Positions 45,186 through 57,412 are shown, numbered from the stretch's first letter. The stretch: DNA of 64,000 bases from Eutreptiella sp. 'Long Island Sound 2002' (GCA_964036045.1 OZ038378.1:6448001-6512000); one strand, 5' to 3'. A program made the numbers and translations. Notes: generated by a model from the letters alone, not told the origin.

Positions 45186-48100
45186 ATGGAAGGAGCAAAG
45201 GGAAAGCGCAAGGCCGATGGAGAGGAGGAGAAGGAAGAGGAGGAGGAAGAGGAGGAGGACGAGGACGAGGACGAGGACGAGGAGGAGGAGGATGACGAGG
45301 AGGGACATGATGAGAAGTGGGGGAGCTACAACGTAGGTTCTGTCGATGATGATCACGACGGCGGTGACGACGACGACGACGACGACGACGAAGAGGAAGA
45401 GGATGATTTTGCGGAAGAAGGTGATGATGAGGAGTCCGGTGAAGAACTTGCACCAAAGTCCGTAACTGTCGTAGATTTTTTCGTTGGCGAGCCGGTCCCC
45501 TTGGAAGCTGGCAATCTGCCAACCCATTTTGCCATGGACCTTTCTTCGTTGCCCACCACCGATTGCTATGGCAAGCCTCAACAAGCCGCATTCAAGAAGC
45601 AAAGCATACTTCGCACGTTGAATGCTTTCGTCAATACCAACGGGGGCATGCTACTATTTGGGGTTGACGATGCAGGCATTGCCCGAGGGTTGCAATTGGA
45701 TACCTCATATAAGGTGGACCCATCATGGTTGGTTTGAGGTGGTTAGGGATTTTCAATTAGTAGAGCAGAACTAGCTTGGTCACAAAGTTTCTTGTGCAGG
45801 CAACTTAAAGTGTTGGTTCATTTTTAAGAACATTGGGTTCTAGAAGCTAGGTTGGCAAGTATTCCGGATTCTGCAATAAGCAAAGACAATAGTCGTAAAT
45901 CCAGCCTAGAATATTCTTACACAAATACTCCTAATGCCGCAGCAGCACTGAATGTGAGACTTTCTCCACCTCAACTTGGCCCTACTTCAAAATCACGCCA
46001 TCCATGTGTCTCCCTCACTCCCTTCTCCCTCCCTCCCCGCCACTTTGCATTTCCGTTGTTCATTCAAGAGCACGACAAATGGCCGCTCCAGTGCTTGATA
46101 GGACAAATCATGCGAACAAGGCAACATGATCTGCAATCACAATCTATGAGCATGAACCATATTTCCCTGCCCGGGGACACCCATCTCATTGGCCAATGCA
46201 ATGAGTTCGGAAAAGGCTTGTGATATTTTGTAGGACAGTAGACAACGCTTGGTCGTGCGCCTCAAGAGTATTTCTAGAGGGCTTGGAATTGTTTAAGACA
46301 ATGAAGCCGTGTGATGACAACGCTTGAATTTGATATAGCCTTCTTCCTGATCTGACATCAAAGTTTTACAAGGCAACATTTGCAAAGCGTTGGGTGAGGA
46401 ATGTGGCCCTTATTGTATCATCGCCGGAGGAGATGGACTGGGGAGATGGGTGGATGGGGGAGAAGAGTGACGAGTGGAGATGAGAAACCATGAGATATCA
46501 AAGCCAACCAACCAGGAAAATCAGAGCTGCGTAGTCTTTTCAGATCTGTGCTGAGACATCCAACAGCGCACTTGGTTGAATTCCGAAAAAAGTGAACATT
46601 TTGGTGGGGACTCCTATATGGCGGTTTGAGGAGTTTTTAGTCGTGCCAAGCACACCACAGGTGGTCGGCCAAATTGTAGCCAATACCTGCCACGACGATT
46701 GCCGCAGTCAGCGAAATCGCTGGATGCTGGTTGTGGCAGCTGGTGCAAGCTATTTATCCGCACCGAGAAAATAATGGAATGTTCCCTTCATGTGGTGTTT
46801 GCCTTTCTTTGTGAACCCTTGCCGTGCACCTCTTTGCAGCGAATATTGCGTCGAGATGTTTGCAATATCTTCGCTTCATTTCATCCCCCTGTGGCGCAAG
46901 AAGCATTCGAGGTCCATTTTTGGCCATTGCACGACCGGCAGACGAAGGATGCGACTGGATCGGTGGTGTTTGCGGTGCTCGTAATGCCCACGGGACTGGT
47001 GCACAATTATTTGTGGAGGATTTTCGTGCGCGAAGGTCCGCTCACCTCTGCCGCTCCTCACTGCGCCTGCCTCCCACTTTTCTGCCCTCCTTTGACCACT
47101 GCCGCCTATTGCTTTTCCTCCTAAAATGATGATTCCCGTATGCTGTGCGCCTGTACACGAATAGTTGCCATCAACGTAAACACGTGTAAAAACGAGTGAA
47201 AGATTCAAGACGTGTTACAATGCTTTCTACAACCCCCAAGTGATGGCACTTCAACCCAGACCATTCGGCACAAGGGTTCAACCCCATTTGAGTTGCATTC
47301 GGCACACTGTTGGTTGGAGAGGCACCTCTATACGGGAGGCTAAAAGTGGAAGAGAATTTTTTGCAGTCACATTCAGGCCTCCAATTGTTGCAACGGCTAC
47401 TTCCCCCTGGGGGGTGGTGTACCCAATTTTCATTTGGCACAACGTTTTGCAAGCAACATGACATGGCCAACGCTGGCGAGGATTTGAGATGCGGATGGTG
47501 TTGTCGGGATTCACCAGCAGGTGGCATCCGGTAGGACAATTGGGAGCTTAATCAAGATGTCGGGAAGGGAGTTTGCATTTCTCCCAATTGTTTGCTCTGC
47601 GTGCCACATCATTCTTAGGCACAGAGAACAAAGCCGTCGAGTTGCCAGAGGAGTTGTTGCAGGCCAAGCAGTCATTGCTTGATGCTAAGAAGCCGGCAAA
47701 GAAAATCTCATCACGGGGTTTCAGCAGCTTGAGGCAGATGAAAGCAGTTCTCAGGCGGAAAGGTTCAGCCTCAACGGGGCCTGCCAAGAAGCAAGGCAAG
47801 GGCAAAGGAGGCAAAGGTGGTAAGGGGAAAAAGGAAGCAGACGACGAGAGAGGGAAAAAAGCAGGCTGGAAAGGTGCAAAGCAGGAGCATGAGGGCTGGG
47901 GCGTCAATGATTGGGAAAACGAAAAGTGGCAAGATGCAAATGAAGCAAACGTAGGTTGGAGTGGCAGCGGTGGAAAGGCAGCTTGGAAAGGAAGTGAAGC
48001 ATGGCAGCGAAGCTGGAGTGCAGATGACTGGGACGATGGGGAATGGAAAAGTGGCAAAGGAAGAAGTGAAGACTGGAGTGGAGCTGGTTTGCGAAAGGAA

Positions 48101-48550
48101 GCATCGCAAGGATGGAGTGAAGGCTGGGGCAGGGCTGATGGAGGGAAAGAGGCGTGGCATGGTGGAAAAGAATGGAATCAAGACTGGAATGCGGGGTCCT
48201 GGGATACTGGGGAATGGGGTTTGCGAAAGAAAGCATCACAGGGGTGGAGTGAAGGCTGGGGCAGGGCTGATGGAGGGAAGGAGGCGTGGCATGGTGGAAA
48301 AGAATGGAATCAAGACTGGACTGCGGGGTCCTGGGATACAGGGGAATGGAGAAGTGGCAAAAGAAGAAATGAAGACTGGAGTGCGGATGCAATGGAATCG
48401 GGGAGGTGGAAGAGTGGAGGGCTTGCCGGTAGAGATGGAGATGATTGGGATAAAAAGGCGGCGAAATTGAGCAAGAAACGGAAAGCAGGCAATGAGCAGA
48501 AGCAAGGGGGCAATCTCCTCCTATCCAAATTCCTCAAGCCTGGCCGATGA
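45186..48550 (+). CDS. 3-exon, ~551-aa protein: acidic tract + Schlafen/AlbA_2 domain + Lys/Gly linker + Trp/Gly-rich tail
   Basis: Exons 45186-45713, 46840-47035, 47619-48550; GT-AG, phases 0 and 1 match, 1656 nt. ILRTLNAFVNTNGGMLLFGVDDAGIARG...YK|RILRRDVCNIFASFHPPV...VVFAVLV...IFVREG|TENKAVELPEEL spans the AlbA_2 fold. An acceptor near 45157 allows an upstream exon or trans-splicing. Confidence 0.85.
48086..48349 (+). repeat. 132-bp (44-codon) in-frame tandem duplication in the Trp-rich tail
   Basis: GLRK(E/K)ASQGWSEGWGRADGGKEAWHGGKEWNQDW(N/T)AGSWDTGEW twice; starts at 48086 and 48218. Confidence 0.95.
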
Positions 48551-49798
48551 TTCACAAAGGAAGGAGAAGGCAACACACAAAGACACCTGAACCGAATAGA
48601 GGCCAACCCTCCATGCCGACAGACCACAACTAATCCGTATCTTAAAGTCTTCGCAGCAAGTTGTGATTGGGTATTGGGCGTTCACATTTTTTTTTCATTT
48701 TCAGTTCTTCCACTTCCCTTCTTACCTCGCCTGTGTGCACCTGACCCCCTCTTGGAGCAAAGGATATCTTGACTATGGGAGCATGTCCAGGGCGGTCCTG
48801 AACGAGTCCCTTTTTCCTTTTATTTCTTCGGGACTGCTGTTTTTTTTTCCCCAGCCACCATTGGGGTAAGGTTGAGGGATTTGGATGGAGACCCCTGCTT
48901 ACTCAGCAGGGGTCGGGGGTTGGGGCATGGAGACCCCGTAAAGGGGGAGGACATGGTCCACTTTGTCCCACACAAGTCTGGTTAGTAGCCTGCCTTTTTT
49001 GAATTGTAATGGGAGGAGAGGAGGGGAGGGGAAGGGATAGAGGGCGGGATGGAGGGAGGAGGGGAGGAAGCTGCATTTTGCCCCGTGTTGCTGCACGCTT
49101 CTTTTGCGCGAACACGCATGGATGGTTTTTGGGGGAAAATCCGAGAGGAAGTCCCTGATCATATCCTTCAAGCCTCGCACTAGATCTTCAGTCTGCAGTT
49201 TTTGCAGCACAACCTTTTGAACTGTGAAGTCATGCCCCTCATGGAGAAGTGCGTTTTTTCACTTGCTGTGCACCTGTTTCAAAGAGCGTTGATTATGTGG
49301 AGATGCTTGCTTTGTAACAGATTGGAGATTTGCAGGCTTTCATGCGATTTCTGCACAGAGCATCCTTCGTCATTCTACTGCTCTCTTCATGGGATAGTGC
49401 CTCATCTGTATTCAGATTGGTTTCTGCTGTTGCCAAATTTGCCATGAAGGGGTTTCAGTTTTTTTACACGATGGACCCTGCTGCATGGGTTTTGGTACCG
49501 AGCCATCCACACAAAGTGTTTCTGAAAGCAAAGTTCCAGTTGCTGGCATAATGCAGTTGCCGGCCCTGCATCTTGCAGTGTAATCATTTAATTTCACGTT
49601 AGTCTGTCAGATGTGCGCTATGATCCAGTGAGAAGAATTGCTGCAGGAGGTGAGGCAATCAAACAATTCCGTTTTCGCAGTGGAGAGAAGCTGCGGCATT
49701 GTATCTACCCTGAGTTGTCCCCATTTTTATGAACCCCATCGGCCACACTACTCCCAGTCAGATATGCCACTAGTGTCAGTATTAGGTTTCGTCCACCG

Positions 49799-50275
49799 AG
49801 ATGGTGTTAACCATCTAGGTTTTGTAAGCCCTCTTTAGTGTCTATGGTGGAGCTACCAGTTTTGGCAAGCAAGCAAGCAGCAAGCAAGCAGCAGCACCAC
49901 CACCAAGCACCAAGCACGCATGAAATGGGCAGAAATGAAATAAAAAAACTCTGTTGTGGTGCTTTGGATTCAGCCGAAATTTTGGTGGATGATACATATG
50001 GGTGTGAAATACAATCACACAAAGTTTGAGCAAGAAACTCAACGGTGGCGTCCGGGAACTGGCGTTGCCAGTGATGGACCTAGGTTTCAAAATCTGACAA
50101 AAATGGCCAAAATATACAGTTTTTGGGCCAGTTTGGGTACCTAGGATGTCCATGGAGGGGGCCATGTGCATTGGAATCAACTAGACTGTCTAGTAGGTTT
50201 TGCACCCAAGTAGTGGGCTCAACAACCTCTTTTTGGGCCCGAAATACCGCAAAATCAGCCTTCAAAAGCACCCCT
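49799..50275 (+). repeat. Dispersed repeat, copy 2
   Basis: Colinear and same orientation as 23915-24375. Confidence 0.85.
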
Positions 50276-53259
50276 TTTTGCAATTTTTTGAGTTCCACCA
50301 TCTTGTGTTTTGTTTGATTGCCATGGATGGCGTTGGGCGCCCTTGTGGTGATAAATTGTGATGAAAGGGATCACCTGGAAGCCATTTCCATGCTGCCAAC
50401 GCCTTTCAATGCCCCATCTGCACCACGTAGTGGTGCAATGTGCACAGTGCACGTCGTAGGATAGGGCTACGTGGGTCACCTGTAGGTGCAAAAGTGGTCA
50501 AAAATGATTTTTGATTTTTTCCAAAGTTGTTCCTTGACCACTTGGGGTGCTCAAACAAGTATCTTTGGGCCATATTAGCCAATGCAAGTTCCCAAAGCCT
50601 TGAAATGGGCATTTTTGGGACTGACATTGCAGTATAGGGGGGGATTGCAGTGGGGGGGTCTGTCTCTCGAGCGATCGAAGCGAGCGAGGAAGGGTTTGGA
50701 GGGGGGGGGGGCATAGCGGAGGTTGTGGGGGAAGTGCCTGGGGGGATGTCTCTTGAGCGTGCGAAGCGAGCTAGGAAGGGTTTTCCAAGGGGGGGGGGGG
50801 TCAGGGGGCAGTGGCCTAAATTCTTCTTGGTGTCCCTCAACATGCATCCATATTCGGCCCCTTTTCCTAGTGTACCTGATGTTTCCCCCCCCACCATGGC
50901 GGTCCCAATATTCAGTTTTGACAGGCTGAATCCTAATCATATGGCAGTTGTATCTGCTATGGTAACTGGAGCTTACTCGTAACCAGCTGGGTCCCGCGTC
51001 CAACTCACCTGGATTCAGCTGTTTCTGATCAAGTCTGACCTTGCGGACGCCAGTGGCAAGTCTGATCCTAACCCTAACCTAGACCTGACCCTCAATCCAG
51101 GAGACAGGCGGAGCTTGCAGTGATCTCTTGCGAATGCCTCTTTGTCCAGATGGTACAATGGCAGCACTTGTTGTTCTTGTGGCTCAAAACCCATCCTTGA
51201 CCTCATTCTGACCAGCCTTGACCACAAAGTTAGCCGGAAACAGGCAGAGGAGGGGGGCCATTCAAAGCCGTACGAAACAGTGACAATGACCCATGCACTG
51301 GCACCAATTGATTCAAGAACATCCTGATCAATTGATTGTTGAGAGTTGACACCTGCTCCCACGTGTATGGCTTCTGACTGCAGGGTCTGATTGGGAAAAA
51401 TGCTCCCCGAGCTGCCCCAAGCAAGGTGTGCCAAAATATGAATTCATCCCCCCAACTTAGTGACTGTTCAGTCACACACGCTCGCGTGCATGAGGGTAGT
51501 GTGCAGAAGGCAGCAGTTGCTAGACAGCCCGTCAAAGCAGCACAAGGTACAGCACAGGAGGGGATGAAGAGGCAGGCTTCAATACAAACTTTGGAGTTGG
51601 ACAGCAAAGAAGGAAGGTGAGCCAGTCAGAGCATCCTGGAGTAGACAGGCGGGCAGAGGCAGAGGGCAAAAAGAAAGCAGCAAGGGCCGCCTGAACTGCC
51701 GGAATGAGAGCCAGATTAGGGGATGGCGGGGCAGCAAACCTGAAGGCGAACCCCGCCAAGAACGATCCTGTATGAGCAAGAACAATGAAGAACTGCCAAA
51801 GGCATCAACTGAGAGGTCCTGTAATCAACCCCCGCGGCAGGGCAATTGGCAAGTGGCACACTCAAGCAAGCATGCATGCATGCAATTGCAGTCTGATTGA
51901 GTGGCGCAGCAACTCTCCCTGTGTGTGTGTGTGTGTTGGTGTGTGTTACAGTGAGTCTTCAATGTCATGAGTTCTGTGACCGCTTGCTGTCACCCATGAA
52001 GAGATGTTGAACGACCCTGTGACCCTTGTCTATTGCAGCAGGACCTCTACGTCCGGGGAAAATGGGTCACGTAGCTTGAGGAGCAGCAGGAGATTTTGCT
52101 GCCGCAATCAAAAGCAACTGTTAGACGCTGAAGTAGATGAATCAAAGAATGGGAAACAGTACTCTGCACGGCAACATCATTGAACAGCAATTGCGCTCGT
52201 GGATCTGGAAGCTGGTGGATCAAGACGGATCTGCTATCATGCACAGCACGAAAGATTCTGGACCGAAATGTTGGGAGCATGCATGACACATGTAATGTGC
52301 AGGCCCCACTGTGAGAATGCCGGGCCACAGTCAACTTGACGCACTTTGGGTCCATATCGGGCAATTTGGACTTACAAAAGGTCCTTGAAGGGTTTTAATG
52401 AGGCCTAGACCCAATGCAAACAGGGAACTACTGTTTAGAGCCATGTAGCAGGGATGGGTATAATTTTCGCGCCCCTCAGGGGGTCGGGGTCCGGGGGGGG
52501 GGGGGGGGCTGGGATGGTAGTGAATCGTGACAGGTCACAATATATACAAAGCACTACAATGGGAAATCTGCATTTGCTAAAATATTGTGACGCCCTAAAG
52601 GCTCCATGGTACTACATGCAGTGTGAATGCGCAACATGGCGATGAGATGCAATGTCAATTGACACTGTTACCTCTGTAGGCACTCAAGACTAAGGACGTT
52701 TGCGGCGGAAGACTGCAAGATTCATGGATGTGTTTGATCCGCATGTTGTGCCCGAATCTGTAGCATACATTGACCACCGAGAAAGCTCTTTTTCCTCTTT
52801 TGGAAGTGTCTCAACTGATGGCTCTAGCTCAAGCGCCATATTAGCGATAGTGACAGCAACAATAGTAGGAGTGAAAGTGACAGCAATGTTGGAGAGGGCA
52901 ACAAAGACAGTGATTAACAAGCAAAGAAAAAAAAAACAGAATCTGTTTTTTGCACTATCCAGTTTGGTTGCCTTTGTTCATGTGCCTCACCGGATGTATT
53001 ACGTGCTTCGTGGCAGCGCGTGGGGCTGAATCTGGGGCTGTTGTTTTCACGATGCATATCATGAGACTTTGTCACAACAGGGTGGTGGTGGGGGGGAGAA
53101 GGAGGACCCACTCACACCAGTCATACCCATCCCTTCCATGTTGTGCAGTGGAAAGGGGTGCAGATAAGAGGACACCCATTGCCACATGTATGTGAAATAT
53201 GTATGTTAGAAAAAACTTGTGAAGTTGTTTCAATGATTCTAGGTGTCACACACTAGGTG

Positions 53260-53260
<1 letters not shown>

Positions 53261-53303
<43 letters not shown>

Positions 53304-53347
53304 CAGACGCAGCACATGTCCTTGCACTATACAAGATTTGATGGCTG
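53261..53347 (+). repeat. (CA)21 plus left copy of the 45-bp target-site duplication
   Basis: acagacgcagcacatgtccttgcactatacaagatttgatggctg at 53303-53347 is identical to 56232-56276; both follow (CA)n. Confidence 0.95.
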
Positions 53348-56231
53348 ACCTCCTGACCTCGGTCTAGAAACGGGTGCTGGATGCACAGCAACAGGGCATC
53401 AAAGTCGCGGTACAGGCCCTCCCCCCCAGCGATCAGCCAGCGCAGGCCCTGCAATTCATACTAACTGCCCTTGGGTATGCGGATGATACTTATGGGTTTG
53501 CAGCCGGAAGCAATACCCTCACCCCCCTGCTAGACTGCACCACTGACTGGCTTGAGGACACGTGTCAAGGGGTGAACGCGAAGAAATCTGTCAGCTTTTC
53601 GTCAGACGCCCGTCACCCAGTGAAGGCAGCACTACAGGGGGTGCCCTTCCCTATCTCTTCTGAGTTTAAGTCCCTGGGCGCGGGGGTCCGCACCACGGAC
53701 GCGACTTGTTCGGGACCGCTCATCAAGAAAAGGATTTCCAGAGCCTGCAGCCTCCTGGATAGGGTGCATGGTGCTCAGGGCAATTTTGAAAGGAGATGCG
53801 ACATCATCTCCACAATGATCACGGCCACTGGCCTGCACGCAGCAGAAATAGTGCCACTTCAGCCCAAAGACCTCCTGCCCTTCGAGACTAAGGTCATGCA
53901 GACCATTTGGGGACGGTCACGGCCCGGCAGGGCCAAGGAAATCTTTTTCACCTTGCTGTGCAAAGGGCACCGGATTGCACCTACCTTGGTACTTAAGTAT
54001 CATCGCATCCTGTGGTTATCCCAGCTGTGTCGCACCAGGGGTGCTGGACAGATCACGGCCCAAGCCATTTGGGAGATGACAACATTTCACAAAGGCTCCG
54101 GCCCATACGGCCGAGCCATGTCCACAGCACAGGAGTGTGGCTGGGTCGCTACGCAGGGATGGTGGGGATGGAAGGTGCCTGGGCGCCAGGAACCCCTCCT
54201 CCTATACGGGGATAAAAACACTATCAAGCACGAGGTACGTGAACAGCTGCGCTCGCAAATGCTGGACAGCCTGGTTCAGAGGCGTCCCCGCCTTTTCGCG
54301 GGGGCTCATTACACCACATGCCGGCGCCTGGTCCAGCCCAGCATAGCGTCATTTGCCACAGAGTTACAGCGCTCTATCCTGCGGGGCATCCTATCAGGAG
54401 CAACCTGGACAGCCCTCCGGGCCTATCAACGTGGCATGAGAGCCACATCCACGTGCCCGTACTGTGGCAATGCTCCGGAAAACGAGGAGCACATTTTCTG
54501 GCAGTGTTCAGCCTGGAGTACGGTGCGGGACACCCACCTGCCGGACATCAAGACGGCGGCAGCACAGATCACAGGCCTTCCCCTCATGGACCAGTGGCCC
54601 CCATGTTTACGACTTTGTGGATTAGCCCCAGAGTTAGACACAGACAGCGTCAAGTCAGGGACAGCGCTCGCATTCATGACAGCTCTGCACAATATGTTAG
54701 TAGCCGTTTTGCAGGCCCGCAAGTTACGAGACACACAATCCCCCATGCTTTTCATGGGGTCGAGCCTCTCACAGCAGCTTCGGCAATACCCGTACCACCA
54801 ACTGGTGGGACCCCTCCCCAGACCGGAAGACAAAGGGTTACTACTTTTGCGTACCCCTAAGAAGGTGGAATGGCAGTGGGAAATGCCCTTTTTGGCGGAC
54901 CTGCTATGCTGGCTGAGGGAACTGCACTGGGCCCCTGAACCAGGCACAGTGACGTTCTTGGAACTCGCACTGGACTTTGAGGAATTTGCGCAACGCACCC
55001 TCCCACACGCTCCACAGGCAAAATTTAAGGGCACCACCCTTTCACTGCAAGAGAGAGGCCGGGTCTTACGACTGGCAATGGCAAATGCGCAGCGCCTGGT
55101 CACCAAAGGCCATTTGCATCCAGCGCGTGTGGTCACACGCTGCAGCTCTTTAGTTCCTTTGGGGGGGCCGGCACTCTGCGGCCTGAACTGCCGCCCGTAT
55201 TTCACCTGCCGCAGTGCCATGAACATGCACGTTCAGCAGTTAGCGGCATACTGTGAGCGCACGTGGGTCACCAAGGTTGGTCTCAACAGAATACACAAAC
55301 TGCGCCCGTACACACATAGGCCACGCAGAACAGCGCAGGAAGTGGAGGAGCATCGACTACAACGTGCACTCCAGGGGAATCTGCAGTTGGGGCTGGCTCC
55401 GTCCTCGGAGCAGACCACTTTTGCCAAAGGGGGGGGGGGGCTGCTCCTCCTTTGCAGCTGATTTCTTCCCTGTGATAGGGGATGGGAAGCTCCCACAGCG
55501 CCCCTACACCGGGACACGCAGGCGCGCAAACACACACAGGGCGCCACCACCGGCGCCGCCGGCTGATCCGTCAAAGTGTGCCCAGCACTCTGCTGACGCA
55601 TGCACGACCTGCAAGAGACTTCGGCGCGCAGCTGAAGCATGCTGTGCGCTGGGACATCACGCTGATAACCACATAGCACGCAGACCGCAACTGCAACTGT
55701 GCCCACTGCATGGCCTGCCACCGTGCCCGAGGTGCACACTCAAGCAAAGGGGAGTGCGCCACTGCTGTCAGCGGGGACACCATAAAGTGTGCACCCCAGT
55801 GCCTGCGCGCCGGAAGCGCCCACTTGCTGCACATGCACAACTGCCCAACAAACGACCACGCCTGCAAGGGCCTGCACGTATCTCTACGGGTCTGCCGAGG
55901 TCCCCACACCAACCCCCCACCCCTCCAGCCCCCAAACGCAGGAGGCCGAAAACACCCCCCCCTCCGTCCCCACCAGCCCCAGTTCCACGGGGGCTGGAGG
56001 AGACCGTGGCCGAGGATGTCGCCCGCCCGCTTTTCGTGACGAGGCACGGGAGAGCAAACACTCTGGATACCTAGCCAGCAAAATACAGAGGTTCTGATTC
56101 CGCAGAAGGGAGGGAAACAACGTCACAAAGAGGCCTCAGCAGACCTGAGCCAAATGAGGCGTCCAGCCCAACGCTGCACAAGGATCCACCTCTAAAAGTA
56201 CAGATCACACACACACACACACACACACACA
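53348..56231 (+). mobile_element. 5'-truncated non-LTR retrotransposon (LINE) ending in (CA)n
   Basis: Bounded by the 45-bp duplication; ORF starts inside the RT domain; (CA)13 at 56206-56231. Confidence 0.92.
53374..56074 (+). CDS. LINE ORF2 C-terminal part: RT (YADD), thumb, CCHC zinc knuckle, and a Cys/His-repeat extension after a frameshift in a G12 tract
   Basis: ALGYADDTYGF; GVNAKKS; EFKSLGAG; STCPYCGNAPENEEHIFWQCSAW. ORF 53374-55461 stops just after G12 (55429-55440); the overlapping frame 55253-56074 continues with two Cys/His repeats and a Pro/Arg tail. Confidence 0.85.
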
Positions 56232-56276
56232 ACAGACGCAGCACATGTCCTTGCACTATACAAGATTTGATGGCTG
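56206..56276 (+). repeat. (CA)13 plus right copy of the 45-bp target-site duplication
   Basis: See left copy; identity ends at ...gatggctg (56276). Confidence 0.95.
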
Positions 56277-56974
56277 GTGGCCACCGAACCCCCGCCAAGG
56301 GGGTCGGCCCTAGCCCTGGGGTCCTAGTGTCTTGTGCTGCCGGAGCCTCAAGGAGACCCGTTGCACGTGGGTCTGGAACAATGCGGGGGTGGGATGGCTC
56401 CATGCAGGTGGTTGCCCTAGGCGGCCCCAATGCCAGGCCAACGGCCCGTCGCTGCCCCAAGAGCCTCCCACCTCCCATATACACGAACGAAGCATGGGAT
56501 TCGATCCCCCACGGGGAGCATGTATCGGCCGCTGCAGCCACGGGTCGATCTTTGGGCTTTGCGGGGAGCAAATCTCACGGTGCTTGTCACCGTTGGTTTA
56601 CCTCTACCTCTTCCCCTTTCAGGCAGTGTGTTTTTACTTTGGTGTTGTTTTTGTCTGTCTGCCAGAATTGCTTTTTGCTTGTTGCCTGTGGTAAACCCTT
56701 GATGAAGGGGGCATTGCAGGCCCGCGTTGCCGGGTAGGGTGTGGCTGGCTATGCGGCGGCGGCGGCGGCGGCGGCACCGTACTGCAATTTAGGACCCAAG
56801 TTGTCGTTGCTTCCAACGGCCTGAAAGGGCAACAATCCATGTGTAGGGCAAAGGTGGTGTTGCTGCTGGCGCCACAGAAGGTTGGGGGGCTAAGGGTCCC
56901 ACTGCAACTTACACCGTAGCACCTACTTCCCTAGCAGTTAGGACCCTGTTCACCCACACCCTGGGCCACAGAGG

Positions 56975-57412
56975 GTTGCAATTACGAACTTGACGTCTAT
57001 CCGCGTCCATGTAGATGAGGCGGCGGCGTGGGTCATGGGTATTGTCTTGGCCCAGGATACCAAGTAGGGGGCGTTGCATTACTCATGCGCGCCAGTCACA
57101 CAACAACAACGACGAAACTGCCCAAGAAGTGGGAAGTGGATCCTGTCACGTGGGACCTGTGGTCCTCGGCCCGGTTCTTGCATGTGCGTGTTGCCGTGGA
57201 CACAGAAGCCACATCCCTACATGCCCTGTGTGTCTATGCGGTGCAGCGAAACCCCGAGTGAACGCGGAGCTCTGGGACGTGGTGCTCCAGTATCCACTGC
57301 GATTGGGAAGCGCACCCTTTTTGATCGCGGGGGGTTTTGATTTTCCTCTAGGGGACCTTTCGGCAGGACCAAGTAGATGCGTATTGGGAGGATTGGGTAG
57401 ATGCCATTCGAG
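56975..57412 (+). pseudogene. Decayed APE-type endonuclease of a LINE
   Basis: Across frameshifts: VAITNLTSIRVHVDEAAAWVMGIVLAQDTK* / GGVALLMR...ARFLHVRVA...LHALCVYA / NAELWDVVLQYPLRLGSAPFLIAGGFDFPL / WVDA. These correspond to the N, QET, GVA, VYA/P and GDFN motifs of APE endonucleases, with catalytic residues eroded. Confidence 0.7.

Noticed and set aside
48899-49193. Possible last two exons of a minus-strand gene (TEDLVRGLKDMIRDF...HA|LLTRLVWDKVDHVLPLYG...*)
   Set aside because: Splice signals fit, but I could not link upstream exons or recognise a domain.
51472-52737. Possible plus-strand exon pair 51472-51616 and 52680-52737
   Set aside because: Good donor and matching phase, but no start, no upstream chain and no recognisable product.
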